From positions 19,164 to 83,163 of IMG/VR virus record IMGVR_UViG_3300042731_005935: a stretch of 64,000 bases of DNA. One strand, written 5' to 3'. This stretch comes from a virus. The first letter of the stretch is position 1. Each line of letters begins with the position of its first letter. The notes beneath the pieces are model-generated. The model was not told where the DNA came from. It did no database searches and saw nothing but the letters and a program-made list of their open reading frames with translations. Shown piece by piece: positions 8,807 to 18,658 of the stretch. The translations under genes and the position numbers were made by a program.

Positions 8807-11374
8807 ATGGTAACTGGACTAATTATAGCAATTGTCGTTCTTGTTGCTGGTTTGTATATGGCATCTATGAATAGGCCTGATACGGAGCAACAAGATATGT
8901 CTCCAAACACCCTGGAGTCATTTAAAGCAACAACAAATCAGGAAGGTGCTGTTGTTCCTCTTGTCTTTGGACAGGCAAGAATATCCGCTAATCTTTTGTG
9001 GTATGGAAATCTTGAGACCGAAGAAGTAACAGAAGAGGTTGAAACAGGTGGTAAGGGTGGTGGCGGCGGAAATAAAGAAGATGTTACTGTTGGATATAGA
9101 TATTACATGGACATATGGGAAGCGCTCTGCATTGGTCCTGGTGTATCAGTACTTGGGACTTTTGTTAATGACAAGTTTGCCGGTGGAGCACTTGGAACCC
9201 TTAATCCAGGTGATACAACTTATTATCCGACGGAACCTGGTAGTTATGCGGCGCCTTTAAACCCGGTCGCACATGTTTTCATGAAACGCCAATATCTTGG
9301 TGAAAATGTAGCATCAGTGCCAACCTATCATTGGATAGTAAAAAGGCTTAGTGATGCGCCTTTAACACATGCTAACCTATCAAACGGAGTTAATCCAGCC
9401 GCAGCTATCTATGATATGTTACGGATGTCTGGTGCCGAACCTTCTGCATTTGTTCTATCTACCTTTCAAGATGCGGCTACTTATTGGTATACCAAAGGAT
9501 ATGGAATTAACATTACTCTCTCCAGGCAGGAGGAGACAAGAAATGGAATTAAAAGGATCTTTACTTATGTTGATGGCAATCTTCGGGTGGATAATCAAGA
9601 CCGCTTTGAACTAATTGCATGGAAAGATACAGATACATATCAGTATACAATTGATCAAAACGATATCAAGGAATTTAACTTCAGGCGACGGAGTTGGTAT
9701 GATGTATATACAGACTTCAGGGCAAACTTTATAGATAGTACACGTTCATATACTCAGCGAACAATCAGAGTGCGCAACACAGCCGTTCGGGATATAACTG
9801 GACAAGATCGCCAACTAACGGTAGATTTGACAGCATTCATTGACGTAAATACAGCAAGTAAACGCCTTTGGGAGATTATGAAGCAAATGTCTTATCCAGA
9901 AGCGGAAGTGTCAATGAAGGTAAGTTGGAAATATATTGGTGTTCGGGTTGGTGATGTTGTTCGTGTAAGCTATAATGATTATGGGATATCAGATCTTGAT
10001 TTCCGCATTATTGGTATAGATATATCCAAAGCTGATTCCAATGAAATAACATGGACTTGTAAGCAACTTTTAAGCACTCTCTTTGATGCAAATTTTGAAT
10101 TAGGAGGAGATCCACAATGGGTTGCTCCAAGTTATTCTCCACAGGTTCCATATGCGGCGCAAGTATTTGAATTACCCTACAATGAATTCACCGGACGTTC
10201 TCCTGCTTATTTACTACTCTGTGCCAGAAAAGGAGCGGAGACTGGCTTCAAGTGTATGTTATCTATAACCGGAACGGATTATGTAAGTAAAGGAACCTTC
10301 GGAACATTCACCCAACATGGTACACTGGATGAGACTTATCCAGCAACAACGTATACAATTGATGATGAAATAGGCGTTCTATATACTCCAGATAGGGAAG
10401 ATCCGCTATTTGATGATCTTGATAGAGCAGACCTTTTTTCAACAATGCGCTTTGTGATTATAGATGATGAAATTATGGCTTTCCAGAATGTTGATTATGA
10501 GGGTGGTGCTGGAGCTATAAGACTGACTGGAATTATTCGTGGAATCCTGAATACTACTATTGCCCAGCATAACTCCGGCGCTCATATCTGGATCACTGCT
10601 CTTCGGAATAATATCTTGAAAAACGTTACATCAACAAATTTTTATATTAAGATGTTGCCATATTTTGGAACAGAAGTGGTTGACGCCTCTTCGGTTAGTC
10701 CAATATCTGTAACCTATGAAGAGAAGGCTGTGACACCTTGGACTCCATGGAATGGTGTTGCAACTCGCTCTGGCTCAGATATCTCCGTTGTCTTGAATAA
10801 TACTACACAAGAGATCCTTGGAGCTGGAATGAGGGCCGCTGAGAATCAAACGCTTGAGGAGGTTCATCAGATAGAAGGCTTCATTCAATATGGTATTAAC
10901 TCCCAGGCAGCACAATACGAATCGGTAACAGCGGAGTTTTCTTATGTCCAGGCTGGTTCACATTATCTTTATATGCGGCAATACCTTGAAGGAAGATATA
11001 CCAACTGGGTAAGTATCTATGTTGGTGCGGCAGATGGTGATTACTATGTAGCTGCGAATCAGCTTACAAATACAGGTTTGGAGAAGGTTCAATGGGGGTC
11101 CCAGGGATTTATCGAAGTAATAAACAGAAATCTTTCAAGACTTAATGATGAATTACTTCTCGTATCGGGACTCCTTGATGTAGACCTTTCTGGCCTTGCA
11201 GATACAAATGCGTTGACGTGGAATGAATCAGCGCAAAAGTTTGAACCACTTGATTTTGAGGTTGCATTTTCAACTACCACGACAACAACCACCACCACAA
11301 CCACTACAACCACAACCAGCTCAAGTTCCACAACCACAACAACCACATCAAGTACCACAACAACTACAGTATAG
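8807..11374 (+). CDS. Tail tip/central fibre protein with C-terminal poly-Thr/Ser tail
   Basis: VVPLVFGQARISANLLWYG, NPAAAIYDML and LTGIIRGILNTTIAQH motifs; ends in a run of about 33 T/S residues. Confidence 0.88.
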   Translation: MVTGLIIAIVVLVAGLYMASMNRPDTEQQDMSPNTLESFKATTNQEGAVVPLVFGQARISANLLWYGNLETEEVTEEVETGGKGGGGGNKEDVTVGYRYYMDIWEALCIGPGVSVLGTFVNDKFAGGALGTLNPGDTTYYPTEPGSYAAPLNPVAHVFMKRQYLGENVASVPTYHWIVKRLSDAPLTHANLSNGVNPAAAIYDMLRMSGAEPSAFVLSTFQDAATYWYTKGYGINITLSRQEETRNGIKRIFTYVDGNLRVDNQDRFELIAWKDTDTYQYTIDQNDIKEFNFRRRSWYDVYTDFRANFIDSTRSYTQRTIRVRNTAVRDITGQDRQLTVDLTAFIDVNTASKRLWEIMKQMSYPEAEVSMKVSWKYIGVRVGDVVRVSYNDYGISDLDFRIIGIDISKADSNEITWTCKQLLSTLFDANFELGGDPQWVAPSYSPQVPYAAQVFELPYNEFTGRSPAYLLLCARKGAETGFKCMLSITGTDYVSKGTFGTFTQHGTLDETYPATTYTIDDEIGVLYTPDREDPLFDDLDRADLFSTMRFVIIDDEIMAFQNVDYEGGAGAIRLTGIIRGILNTTIAQHNSGAHIWITALRNNILKNVTSTNFYIKMLPYFGTEVVDASSVSPISVTYEEKAVTPWTPWNGVATRSGSDISVVLNNTTQEILGAGMRAAENQTLEEVHQIEGFIQYGINSQAAQYESVTAEFSYVQAGSHYLYMRQYLEGRYTNWVSIYVGAADGDYYVAANQLTNTGLEKVQWGSQGFIEVINRNLSRLNDELLLVSGLLDVDLSGLADTNALTWNESAQKFEPLDFEVAFSTTTTTTTTTTTTTTTSSSSTTTTTTSSTTTTTV

Positions 11375-11378
11375 GAGA
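11345..11378 (+). repeat. 34-bp exact repeat, copy 2
   Basis: Identical to 4757-4790. Confidence 0.9.
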
Positions 11379-11415
11379 TAACCTAATATTATATGCGAAA
11401 GTGTAGGTAAACAAA

Positions 11416-11625
11416 ATGACAGTACTATCTCCAAGCGGACTTGAAACATTTGACTACGGGACACCCGGATGGAACCACATTTACAATCGTAATATGGATC
11501 TTCTTGAGAATCAGCTATTGAAACTGGCTGCTTTGCAGGATGTAGATGTAACAGGCTTAACCGATGAAGATGTTTTAATCTGGAGTACTTCTGCAAATAA
11601 ATGGATTAGGACGGAGAGGTATTAA
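11416..11625 (+). CDS. Small tail-fibre-like module protein
   Basis: LSPSGLE..G..WN...N..LLKL..L.DVDV...L.W; paralogous to the next ORF and to the tail-tip C-terminus. Confidence 0.65.
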   Translation: MTVLSPSGLETFDYGTPGWNHIYNRNMDLLENQLLKLAALQDVDVTGLTDEDVLIWSTSANKWIRTERY

Positions 11626-11626
11626 T

Positions 11627-11839
11627 ATGTCTATAAACTTGAACCCATCAGGACTTGACCAGAGTGAGGTTGGTGATAGTAATTGGGTAAATACGCAGAA
11701 TTCGAATATTACTTATCTCAACAGCACCTTGCTTAAATTAAATTCACTCGGAGATGTTAATGTTTCGTCTCAACAGGATTTTGATGGATTGCAATGGGGT
11801 GAAGGTGCTGGTGAATGGGTGAATGTACCAACTATATAA
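11627..11839 (+). CDS. Small tail-fibre-like module protein
   Basis: Paralog of 11416-11625. Confidence 0.65.
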   Translation: MSINLNPSGLDQSEVGDSNWVNTQNSNITYLNSTLLKLNSLGDVNVSSQQDFDGLQWGEGAGEWVNVPTI

Positions 11840-11853
11840 GGATAAATGAACCT

Positions 11854-12123
11854 ATGTCTGGATCAATTGACAAGGGTGTAGCGGATGTCGCCACTGGGAT
11901 AGCTAAATTGATTGGAGATCCTGTGTTGATTGTACTTACAATCGTTATTATTTCTCTTATCATCTTGCTATTCCTTATGACGAAATCTATGGAAAGGAAG
12001 GATAAAGCTCATAAACAATCAATAAAAGAACTTACACATGAATTGCATGAGAATAGTCAAACTCTCATGCGGCTTGCTACTTTAATCGAGGTACTTGTCC
12101 ATGGAAGAAAACAAACTAGTTAA
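11854..12123 (+). CDS. Single-TM membrane protein, possible holin
   Basis: One hydrophobic helix followed by a coiled coil; lies after the tail genes. Confidence 0.45.
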   Translation: MSGSIDKGVADVATGIAKLIGDPVLIVLTIVIISLIILLFLMTKSMERKDKAHKQSIKELTHELHENSQTLMRLATLIEVLVHGRKQTS

Positions 12124-12139
12124 TCAGGAAGGCAGCACT

Positions 12140-12364
12140 ATGAATATTTTTAAAATGTTAGCAAATACAATACTCTATAAAGGATCTAAAGTTGCTGATT
12201 CAATGGTGATAGAGGCCAAGAGTAGAGCCAAAGAAGCCAGAGATGTTACACAACAGAAGATTGAAAATGTTTACGCACAACTGAATAGTTGTGTTGAGCG
12301 CGGAGATAGATGGTTTCTTGTACCGAATACTCCAATTGATGAATGTGGTAGAGAAGATAAATAA
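12140..12364 (+). CDS. Hypothetical protein
   Basis: ORF with RBS, in the operon. Confidence 0.5.
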   Translation: MNIFKMLANTILYKGSKVADSMVIEAKSRAKEARDVTQQKIENVYAQLNSCVERGDRWFLVPNTPIDECGREDK

Positions 12365-12460
12365 TTTTACCCCCGCATAAATAATATTTCAAAAGAATAG
12401 GAGGTGAAAAAAAAGTAAAATTGGTGGCAGAAAACAATTACTTTGAAAAGGAGAAAAATA

Positions 12461-12853
12461 ATGCTTCAACAATTTACCATGTTTGTGGTTAACGCCTTGC
12501 TGTCCGTTTTGACACCTGAAAAGGTACGTGGATTCCTTCAATCCGGTATTGCCAAAATCAAGGAGTATGTCAGATCGACGCCAACCGATATTGATAATTC
12601 CCTTGTTATTCCGGCTTGCAATCTGGTGCTTGCTGCCCTTGAAATTCCCGGCCCAGACGGACAGATTGACATTAATGGAGAACTCAGAAAATTGTTTGAC
12701 GCTCTGGGTGATCTGAAAACAATTTTTCTTGATGCTGGCCTGGATTATATTGAAGATAGGGTGATTGCCTCGGAGAACAAAGTTGACAATGCACTTATCC
12801 TGCCGGCGTGCAGTTTGGTACGTACCGTTCTCCGCGTACCCGATAATGATTAA
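12461..12853 (+). CDS. Hypothetical protein with internal duplication
   Basis: RBS AAGGAG; STPTDIDNSLVIPAC / SENKVDNALILPAC repeat. Confidence 0.65.
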   Translation: MLQQFTMFVVNALLSVLTPEKVRGFLQSGIAKIKEYVRSTPTDIDNSLVIPACNLVLAALEIPGPDGQIDINGELRKLFDALGDLKTIFLDAGLDYIEDRVIASENKVDNALILPACSLVRTVLRVPDND

Positions 12854-12879
12854 CTAAAATGGCAAAAGGAGGGACTCTA

Positions 12880-13269
12880 ATGTTTCAAAGAAAACAATTC
12901 ATAATGCTCCTGGTAATGTTTATTACCATGGTATTTCTCTTTGGCTGTCCAATGATGCCAACTGGAGCGAAATCGGTTTCCCAGATGACACCGAAAGAAA
13001 AAGTCACCTGGATGTATGGAGTCTACAATTCGCAGTATGCGGATTATCAATCGATGACTGGACATATCTGGGACGATACATCAGAGACATGGAAGAAGAC
13101 TTCTTCTCCAACTTTGTCGGAAGATCAAAAGGAAATTCTGCGGAAACGCAAAGAAATCCTTACCAGGGTATATCCAATTATTAAATTATATGATTCTATG
13201 TTGAACAGCGGTGCTGTGCCGGACAGGGAGACCGAGCAAAAGATCATTGATCTTTTGAACGGATTGTAA
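12880..13269 (+). CDS. Lipoprotein
   Basis: RBS AGGAGG; basic N-terminus, hydrophobic stretch, lipobox LFGC. Confidence 0.7.
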   Translation: MFQRKQFIMLLVMFITMVFLFGCPMMPTGAKSVSQMTPKEKVTWMYGVYNSQYADYQSMTGHIWDDTSETWKKTSSPTLSEDQKEILRKRKEILTRVYPIIKLYDSMLNSGAVPDRETEQKIIDLLNGL

Positions 13270-13282
13270 CTGATATAATCCG

Positions 13283-13311
13283 TTCCAAAACCTTGTAAAA
13301 TATAGTATAAT
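13283..13311 (+). promoter_or_regulatory. Sigma70-like promoter upstream of the glycosyltransferase cluster
   Basis: TTCCAA-N17-TATAAT; the same TTCCA -35 variant occurs at 48595-48600. Confidence 0.55.
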
Positions 13312-13346
13312 GGAAGTATAACTTTAGAAGCAAAGGAGATCGAACC

Positions 13347-13514
13347 ATGGCCGATCCGGCACTTGTTGTAATTGAAGGAGGCAAATTAATCCTGCAAGCG
13401 TATCTTAATTATATGCGGCAGGCGGGCAAGACGGAGGAAGAGGCTGAGGCACTCTACCGATCGGAAAAATCCCAGTTTGATTTCAATAAGCCGTCCAGCC
13501 TGGAAGACGTCTAA
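13347..13514 (+). CDS. Small hypothetical protein (55 aa, not in the ORF track)
   Basis: RBS AAGGAG; MADPALVVIEGGKLILQAYLNYMRQAGK...EDV*. Confidence 0.65.
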   Translation: MADPALVVIEGGKLILQAYLNYMRQAGKTEEEAEALYRSEKSQFDFNKPSSLEDV

Positions 13515-13534
13515 ACCCCCACACACCCATCGAA

Positions 13535-13556
13535 TGCCCCGGGTTCGCCCGGGGCA
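13535..13556 (+). other. GC-rich hairpin with UUCG loop
   Basis: TGCCCCGGG-TTCG-CCCGGGGCA; no U-tract, so not a clear terminator. Confidence 0.55.
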
Positions 13557-13672
13557 ACTAAGGAATAAATTATAAAAAATCAAGATAACCAATTAATATA
13601 TCCACCTAATCTTTTAAATATCCATAATTGCTCCGCTTGGCGGAAAGTAAATGGAGAAAAGAGGAGTAGAAA

Positions 13673-15163
13673 ATGAAAAAGAAAGATAAAAGAACCATTG
13701 GCATTTTCACGAATTTTCAAGAGTTTAATCCTGGTTATAGCCTAACCGGCATTGTTGTTGATCAATCATTAATGCTCCTGGAAAACGGACATGATGTTCA
13801 TGTGTTCGTCAATGAAACCTTCAATTCGAAATACAATCAGGACGCAAGAATCTCCTACCTAATGAATAAATTCAGAGGGAAATTTCATTTACATAAAGCG
13901 ACCAAGTTTATGCATTTGATTGATTATGAAACAAAATCCACCCTTACGGAAGACCACAAAAAAGCCCTAATCGATGCTGCAAAGATCTTTACAGATAGCA
14001 TTTTAAAATTTGACATTGATCGGATTTATACCCACGATTTTATTTTTACTGGATGGAATCTTCCGTATGCTCTTGCAATAAAAGAAGCAAGCAGACTTCT
14101 ATCCATAGCTGGCAAACAAGTTTATTGGCTCCATTGGATCCATAGTGTGCCAGGATCCCATCGGAGAGATTGGTGGGATATTAATCAGTATGGGGATAAT
14201 CATCTGATTGTATTTCCAAATAATATTGAAATTAATCGGATATGTGAAACATTTATGACAAATCCGTCAAGGGTCCGTATGATTCCACACATTAAAGATA
14301 TCCGTACATGGTACGATTTTTCTGATGAATCGTGGGAATTCACAAAACGGTATCCTCAGATAATGGAAGCAAATGTGGTCCAAGTTTATCCTATCTCAAC
14401 CGACCGCATGTCAGCAAAGCAATTACAATTGGTGATCAAAATATTTGGTTATATGAAACAAGCCAAAGTTCCTGTTTTCCTGTGTGCTGCAAATCAATGG
14501 GCTACCGGTCGCCGGCGCAAGGAAGATGTTAATAAATACATCCTTCTTGCGGAACATTGTGGTCTTGAATATGGTAAGGAATTTGTCTTTACTTCTGAAT
14601 ATTCATATGATCCAGTACTTAATGATATTATCGAAAGCTCGGAGAATTTCGAGGAATTAGATCAAAGATTACCGAAATGCGAATCTTCCGGAGATGAAAA
14701 AGATGATACATATGGGCAATTCCTAAAAGGTATTAAATGGGATGGTGATTTTGCGGAAGAAAAAGTCCGACTTCTGCAACTCTCCCAACCATATGCTACA
14801 GGTATCAGCCGCCGGATGCTTCGCGAACTTCAACTCCTATCTAATTTATTTATTTTTCCAACCCGTGAGGAGAGTTTTGGATTGGTTGGGCCAGAGGCAG
14901 CATTTTCAGGTGCCTTATGTATTATTAATCGAAGCTTAATTATGCAGTTTGAGGTTATGGGTTCAAATGCTCCGGCGTTTGACTTTGGTTCACACTATAA
15001 TAATACTCCAAGTATTAATGATGAAAAATATATCCGTGGAGTCTCCTTTGCGATTCTAAATCGGATTTATTCTAATGAGGCGATCACGACCAAAATCCAT
15101 TGTCGCCGGCGATACAACATGAACTCGATTTATAACCGGTATTATGTTCCCAATGCAATATAA
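13673..15163 (+). CDS. Glycosyltransferase (GT-B/GT4-like)
   Basis: ENGHDVHVFV; FIFPTREESFGLVGPEAA (EX7E motif). Confidence 0.85.
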   Translation: MKKKDKRTIGIFTNFQEFNPGYSLTGIVVDQSLMLLENGHDVHVFVNETFNSKYNQDARISYLMNKFRGKFHLHKATKFMHLIDYETKSTLTEDHKKALIDAAKIFTDSILKFDIDRIYTHDFIFTGWNLPYALAIKEASRLLSIAGKQVYWLHWIHSVPGSHRRDWWDINQYGDNHLIVFPNNIEINRICETFMTNPSRVRMIPHIKDIRTWYDFSDESWEFTKRYPQIMEANVVQVYPISTDRMSAKQLQLVIKIFGYMKQAKVPVFLCAANQWATGRRRKEDVNKYILLAEHCGLEYGKEFVFTSEYSYDPVLNDIIESSENFEELDQRLPKCESSGDEKDDTYGQFLKGIKWDGDFAEEKVRLLQLSQPYATGISRRMLRELQLLSNLFIFPTREESFGLVGPEAAFSGALCIINRSLIMQFEVMGSNAPAFDFGSHYNNTPSINDEKYIRGVSFAILNRIYSNEAITTKIHCRRRYNMNSIYNRYYVPNAI

Positions 15164-15847
15164 GTGGGCGCCATGCATATTGCTATTATACCAACAATGG
15201 AGATGGATCGTTGTCTCGATCTTGTTTACTCTATAAATAAAGGGAAAATTAAACCAAGCAGAATTATTATTATCAATAATTCTGGTTCTGTTTACACTAA
15301 GGATTTATCTTTATATAATACTATTGTATGTAATTATTCTAAAAATATTGGTGTAAATGCAGCATGGAACATTGGTTTAAAACTTGCCAAAGAGCAGTCC
15401 TCGCATTTATCTATATTAAATGATGATATTCTAATCAAAGAAGACTTTTTCAAAAGGATCAATCTCCTTCTTTCCATTAGATTATTACTCGATGTTCCTG
15501 TCTTTTGCCCATCTACAACTCATGATAAAACTTTATTTGATCGGTCGGAAGTAAATAATCATACAAGCCGGACTCATTATATGAGGAAGAAAGAAGGTTG
15601 GGCTTTTACAATCCGAGACCGGTTTGTTAAAATGATCAAACCGATTCCAGAGGAATTATTTGTTTTCTGTGGAGATGATTGGATTTGGAATGAAACGGTT
15701 AAGTATGGTACGATGTGGGTAAAAGATGAAAGAAATATTATCTACCATACGGTTGGAGCAACTTTAAAAAATAACCCCAAACTCCGTGCTTTATTGAAGC
15801 ATGAGAAAAGGATATTTCATGGGAAGGGTAAGTCTTGGAAGGCATAG
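15164..15847 (+). CDS. Glycosyltransferase (GT-A/GT2-like)
   Basis: IIIINNS, NIGVNAAWNIG, ILNDD, FCGDDW. Confidence 0.85.
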   Translation: MGAMHIAIIPTMEMDRCLDLVYSINKGKIKPSRIIIINNSGSVYTKDLSLYNTIVCNYSKNIGVNAAWNIGLKLAKEQSSHLSILNDDILIKEDFFKRINLLLSIRLLLDVPVFCPSTTHDKTLFDRSEVNNHTSRTHYMRKKEGWAFTIRDRFVKMIKPIPEELFVFCGDDWIWNETVKYGTMWVKDERNIIYHTVGATLKNNPKLRALLKHEKRIFHGKGKSWKA

Positions 15848-16331
15848 TTATGGAGATATTAAAGTAATTGGACAACGTTGCCATGTCTATGTTGGTAACT
15901 TTTGCTCTATTGCTGACCATGTTAAGGTGATTGTCCTCGGGCATGATCCAAACAATGTTTCCACATATCCTTTTAATAAGAAAAACTGGCAAAGGGCCGC
16001 CGATTCAAAAACGCATCCGGTTGTTTACGGAGATGTCCATATCGGGAATGATGTTTGGATCGGTTACAATGTAACGATAATGGGTGGAGTAAAGATTTGT
16101 GATGGAGCAGTGATTGCTGCCGAATCAGTTGTAACGAAAAATATTGAACCTTATACAATTAATTATGGTGTTCCAACCAGAGTAAAACGTTTAAGATTTA
16201 CTCCATCAATTGTTTATAAATTATTAAATATAAAATGGTGGGAGTGGCCGGATGAAAAGATCGCCGAAAACGCTCATTTGCTTTGCAGTAAAAACATTGA
16301 TGAATTCATAAGACTTCACGGGAGGAAGTAA
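15819..16331 (+). CDS. Hexapeptide-repeat O-acetyltransferase (CatB/Vat-like fold)
   Basis: VGNFCSIA, IGNDVWIG, DGAVIAAESVVTK, IKWWEW. Confidence 0.9.
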   Translation: MGRVSLGRHSYGDIKVIGQRCHVYVGNFCSIADHVKVIVLGHDPNNVSTYPFNKKNWQRAADSKTHPVVYGDVHIGNDVWIGYNVTIMGGVKICDGAVIAAESVVTKNIEPYTINYGVPTRVKRLRFTPSIVYKLLNIKWWEWPDEKIAENAHLLCSKNIDEFIRLHGRK

Positions 16332-16332
16332 A

Positions 16333-16905
16333 ATGGCAATCAAGACACCGAGGGAATATCGGCAGATGGAATTCAGGCAATTACTTTTCGAATTGGTATG
16401 CCTGCTCAAACCACATACTTATGTGGAGATTGGAGTAAAAGACGGGTGGACATTCAATAAGATTGCTCCACTTGTTGAACGCGCCGTTGGTGTGGATATT
16501 GTAGCGTCTCCAGTAGAAAGACTTCCACATGTTGAATTTATCCATGATAATTCTGCCAGGTTTGCAAAAACATGGAAGGATCCAATCGATTTCCTTTTTA
16601 TTGATGCATACCACGAATGTGAAGGAGTCTTACTTGATTTCTACCGTTTGCATCCTTTCGTTCGGCCAGAAACCGGAATGATTTTTCTCCATGATACATA
16701 TCCTGTGAAACCGGAATTACTTCTTCCAGGTTATTGTCACAATGCATGGAGAGCGGCAAAGACGATCCGGGAGAAGTTTGTTGAAGAATTTGAAATTGTT
16801 ACACTCCCCGGTCCGTGGGCAGGCCTCTCAATACTTCGGAAATTGAAAGATGGCAGGCACGGGTGGATGGACAAAGATGCCTTCGCTGGAGGGAGAGGAA
16901 GATGA
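16333..16905 (+). CDS. Class I SAM-dependent methyltransferase (Methyltransf_24-like)
   Basis: YVEIGV, IDFLFIDAYH, GMIFLHD. Confidence 0.85.
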   Translation: MAIKTPREYRQMEFRQLLFELVCLLKPHTYVEIGVKDGWTFNKIAPLVERAVGVDIVASPVERLPHVEFIHDNSARFAKTWKDPIDFLFIDAYHECEGVLLDFYRLHPFVRPETGMIFLHDTYPVKPELLLPGYCHNAWRAAKTIREKFVEEFEIVTLPGPWAGLSILRKLKDGRHGWMDKDAFAGGRGR

Positions 16906-18044
16906 CTAAATTACTTTTTCTTTTTATGAGCCAAGGGGCAGCATCTCCTGGAACGACTAAACGGGTGTATCCAACAAATGATTGTGGAACAAAATATATG
17001 GATGCATTTGCAGGAGAAGGCTATTTCAAGATGCTGGATGTACTCCTCAAAAATAAAGTGATTGATGACTTGAAGATTTTCTTTGAGTCGAATGTCCAGC
17101 CCGGCATAGCGTCCTGGGTGAAGGGCCCTTCAACATATTGCGAAGTAATTCCGGAGATTCGTTTTGTTGAGGAGTATATTGAGGAGGACACAATCATCTT
17201 TGTCCGCGGCGGGTTTAAACACTGGCATGATTTACTTTTGAAATACAAAAATAAAAATTGGCTTTTACTTTATGGTGCAAATACCGGAAGAGAAAGATGG
17301 ACATGGTGGGATATTATTTTTGATGATATCTTGTGTAAAAATGAAATTGATCGGCATGGAAGATATTGGTTTCCTTTTATCAAACCAATAAATGAGGAGA
17401 TGTTTTTTCCGGAAGATACGATACGGCAGCAACCAATTCCTCAATGGGACTTTTGCATCGGAGCATCTCATATTCATGACAGGAAAGGACAATGGAGAAT
17501 TTTTAACGCTATACTGGAATATAATAAAAAATATGGAGAACTTCATACGATTATGCCTGGCGGACCGCGACGTGGATTGAAAACGCTTGAGATGATTAAA
17601 AATCTTCCGAATGCAAAGTATGTAGAAACGCCCGGTCATGTTCATCGAACCGAACTTCAGAGAATTTTTAATGATTCAAAATATTTTATCCACTTTGGTG
17701 CTCATGGACAAAATGACCGCGGTCCGATTGAGGCACTTGCATGTGGGACACCTGTAGTAATTGGTTCTCCGAGTTATCATGCACCATTCTTATCTGATAT
17801 ATGTTACACGGGTTGCAATATTAATGATCCGGTTTCGATAGCAGAGAGTTTGAAGATATTACTTGAACGCTGGACAATTGAGGAGAAAAGTAAAACATAT
17901 TGGAAATATAAGAAGAAAAGTGGATTCAATGAAATAATTATTCCAAGGATGATAATGCTATTTTCTCTCATAAAACACATGAAACCAACAATAAAGGCAA
18001 AACAACTTATAATGGAGGAGGTAATGAATCATGCGATCAGTTAG
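16902..18044 (+). CDS. Glycosyltransferase (GT4-like)
   Basis: RKGQ and PIEALACGTPVV motifs. Confidence 0.8.
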   Translation: MTKLLFLFMSQGAASPGTTKRVYPTNDCGTKYMDAFAGEGYFKMLDVLLKNKVIDDLKIFFESNVQPGIASWVKGPSTYCEVIPEIRFVEEYIEEDTIIFVRGGFKHWHDLLLKYKNKNWLLLYGANTGRERWTWWDIIFDDILCKNEIDRHGRYWFPFIKPINEEMFFPEDTIRQQPIPQWDFCIGASHIHDRKGQWRIFNAILEYNKKYGELHTIMPGGPRRGLKTLEMIKNLPNAKYVETPGHVHRTELQRIFNDSKYFIHFGAHGQNDRGPIEALACGTPVVIGSPSYHAPFLSDICYTGCNINDPVSIAESLKILLERWTIEEKSKTYWKYKKKSGFNEIIIPRMIMLFSLIKHMKPTIKAKQLIMEEVMNHAIS

Positions 18045-18657
18045 TAAAATGTATGGTGATAGTTTCTTCCATCGTAGGAAGAAGTTGATTTGGCGCGCTC
18101 CAATACTTTGTGAAATTATTAAAGAAATATTTCCTGGTGCAAAAAGTATCATTGATGTTGGTTGCGCCATTGGAGAGTTTGTACATCAATTCCAAAAAAT
18201 GGGGATATCTTCAGAAGGTATTGAGGGTAGTGAAAGTGCATTAAAGTACGCATCTCCAGAGACCGGTATATCATTATGGGATATTAGAACACCATTACCT
18301 ACCTCAAAAACCTGTATTGGTAAAACATGGAATTTGTGCATGTGTCTTGAAGTTGCAGAACATATCGAAGAGGAATATACAAATATATTTATTGATAATC
18401 TTTGCTTCTTATCAAATACTATTTTGATATCTGCTGCACCCCCAGGACAACAAGGATACGGTCATTTTAATTGTCAAAAAATGGAATATTGGGAAATCAA
18501 ATTCGGAATTAGAGACTACAGGAGAAGAGTTGAAAAAGAAAAGCGTTTTAAAAGTCTCCTTGAACCTTACAAGAGGAAGAAGGGTTTGAGTGGATATTAT
18601 AACAATATCATGATTTATGAACATAATGATATTATATTGCATAAATATTGGGGGTAA
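18031..18657 (+). CDS. Class I SAM-dependent methyltransferase
   Basis: IIDVGCAIG, CLEVAEHI, SAAPPGQQG.GHFN. Confidence 0.85.
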   Translation: MRSVSKMYGDSFFHRRKKLIWRAPILCEIIKEIFPGAKSIIDVGCAIGEFVHQFQKMGISSEGIEGSESALKYASPETGISLWDIRTPLPTSKTCIGKTWNLCMCLEVAEHIEEEYTNIFIDNLCFLSNTILISAAPPGQQGYGHFNCQKMEYWEIKFGIRDYRRRVEKEKRFKSLLEPYKRKKGLSGYYNNIMIYEHNDIILHKYWG

Positions 18658-18658
18658 A

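Noticed and set aside
11089-11358. Poly-Val ORF on the - strand
   Set aside because: Reverse complement of the Thr codon run
15819-16331. Antibiotic resistance gene (catB/vat)
   Set aside because: The fold is shared with sugar O-acetyltransferases and the gene lies inside a glycosyltransferase cluster
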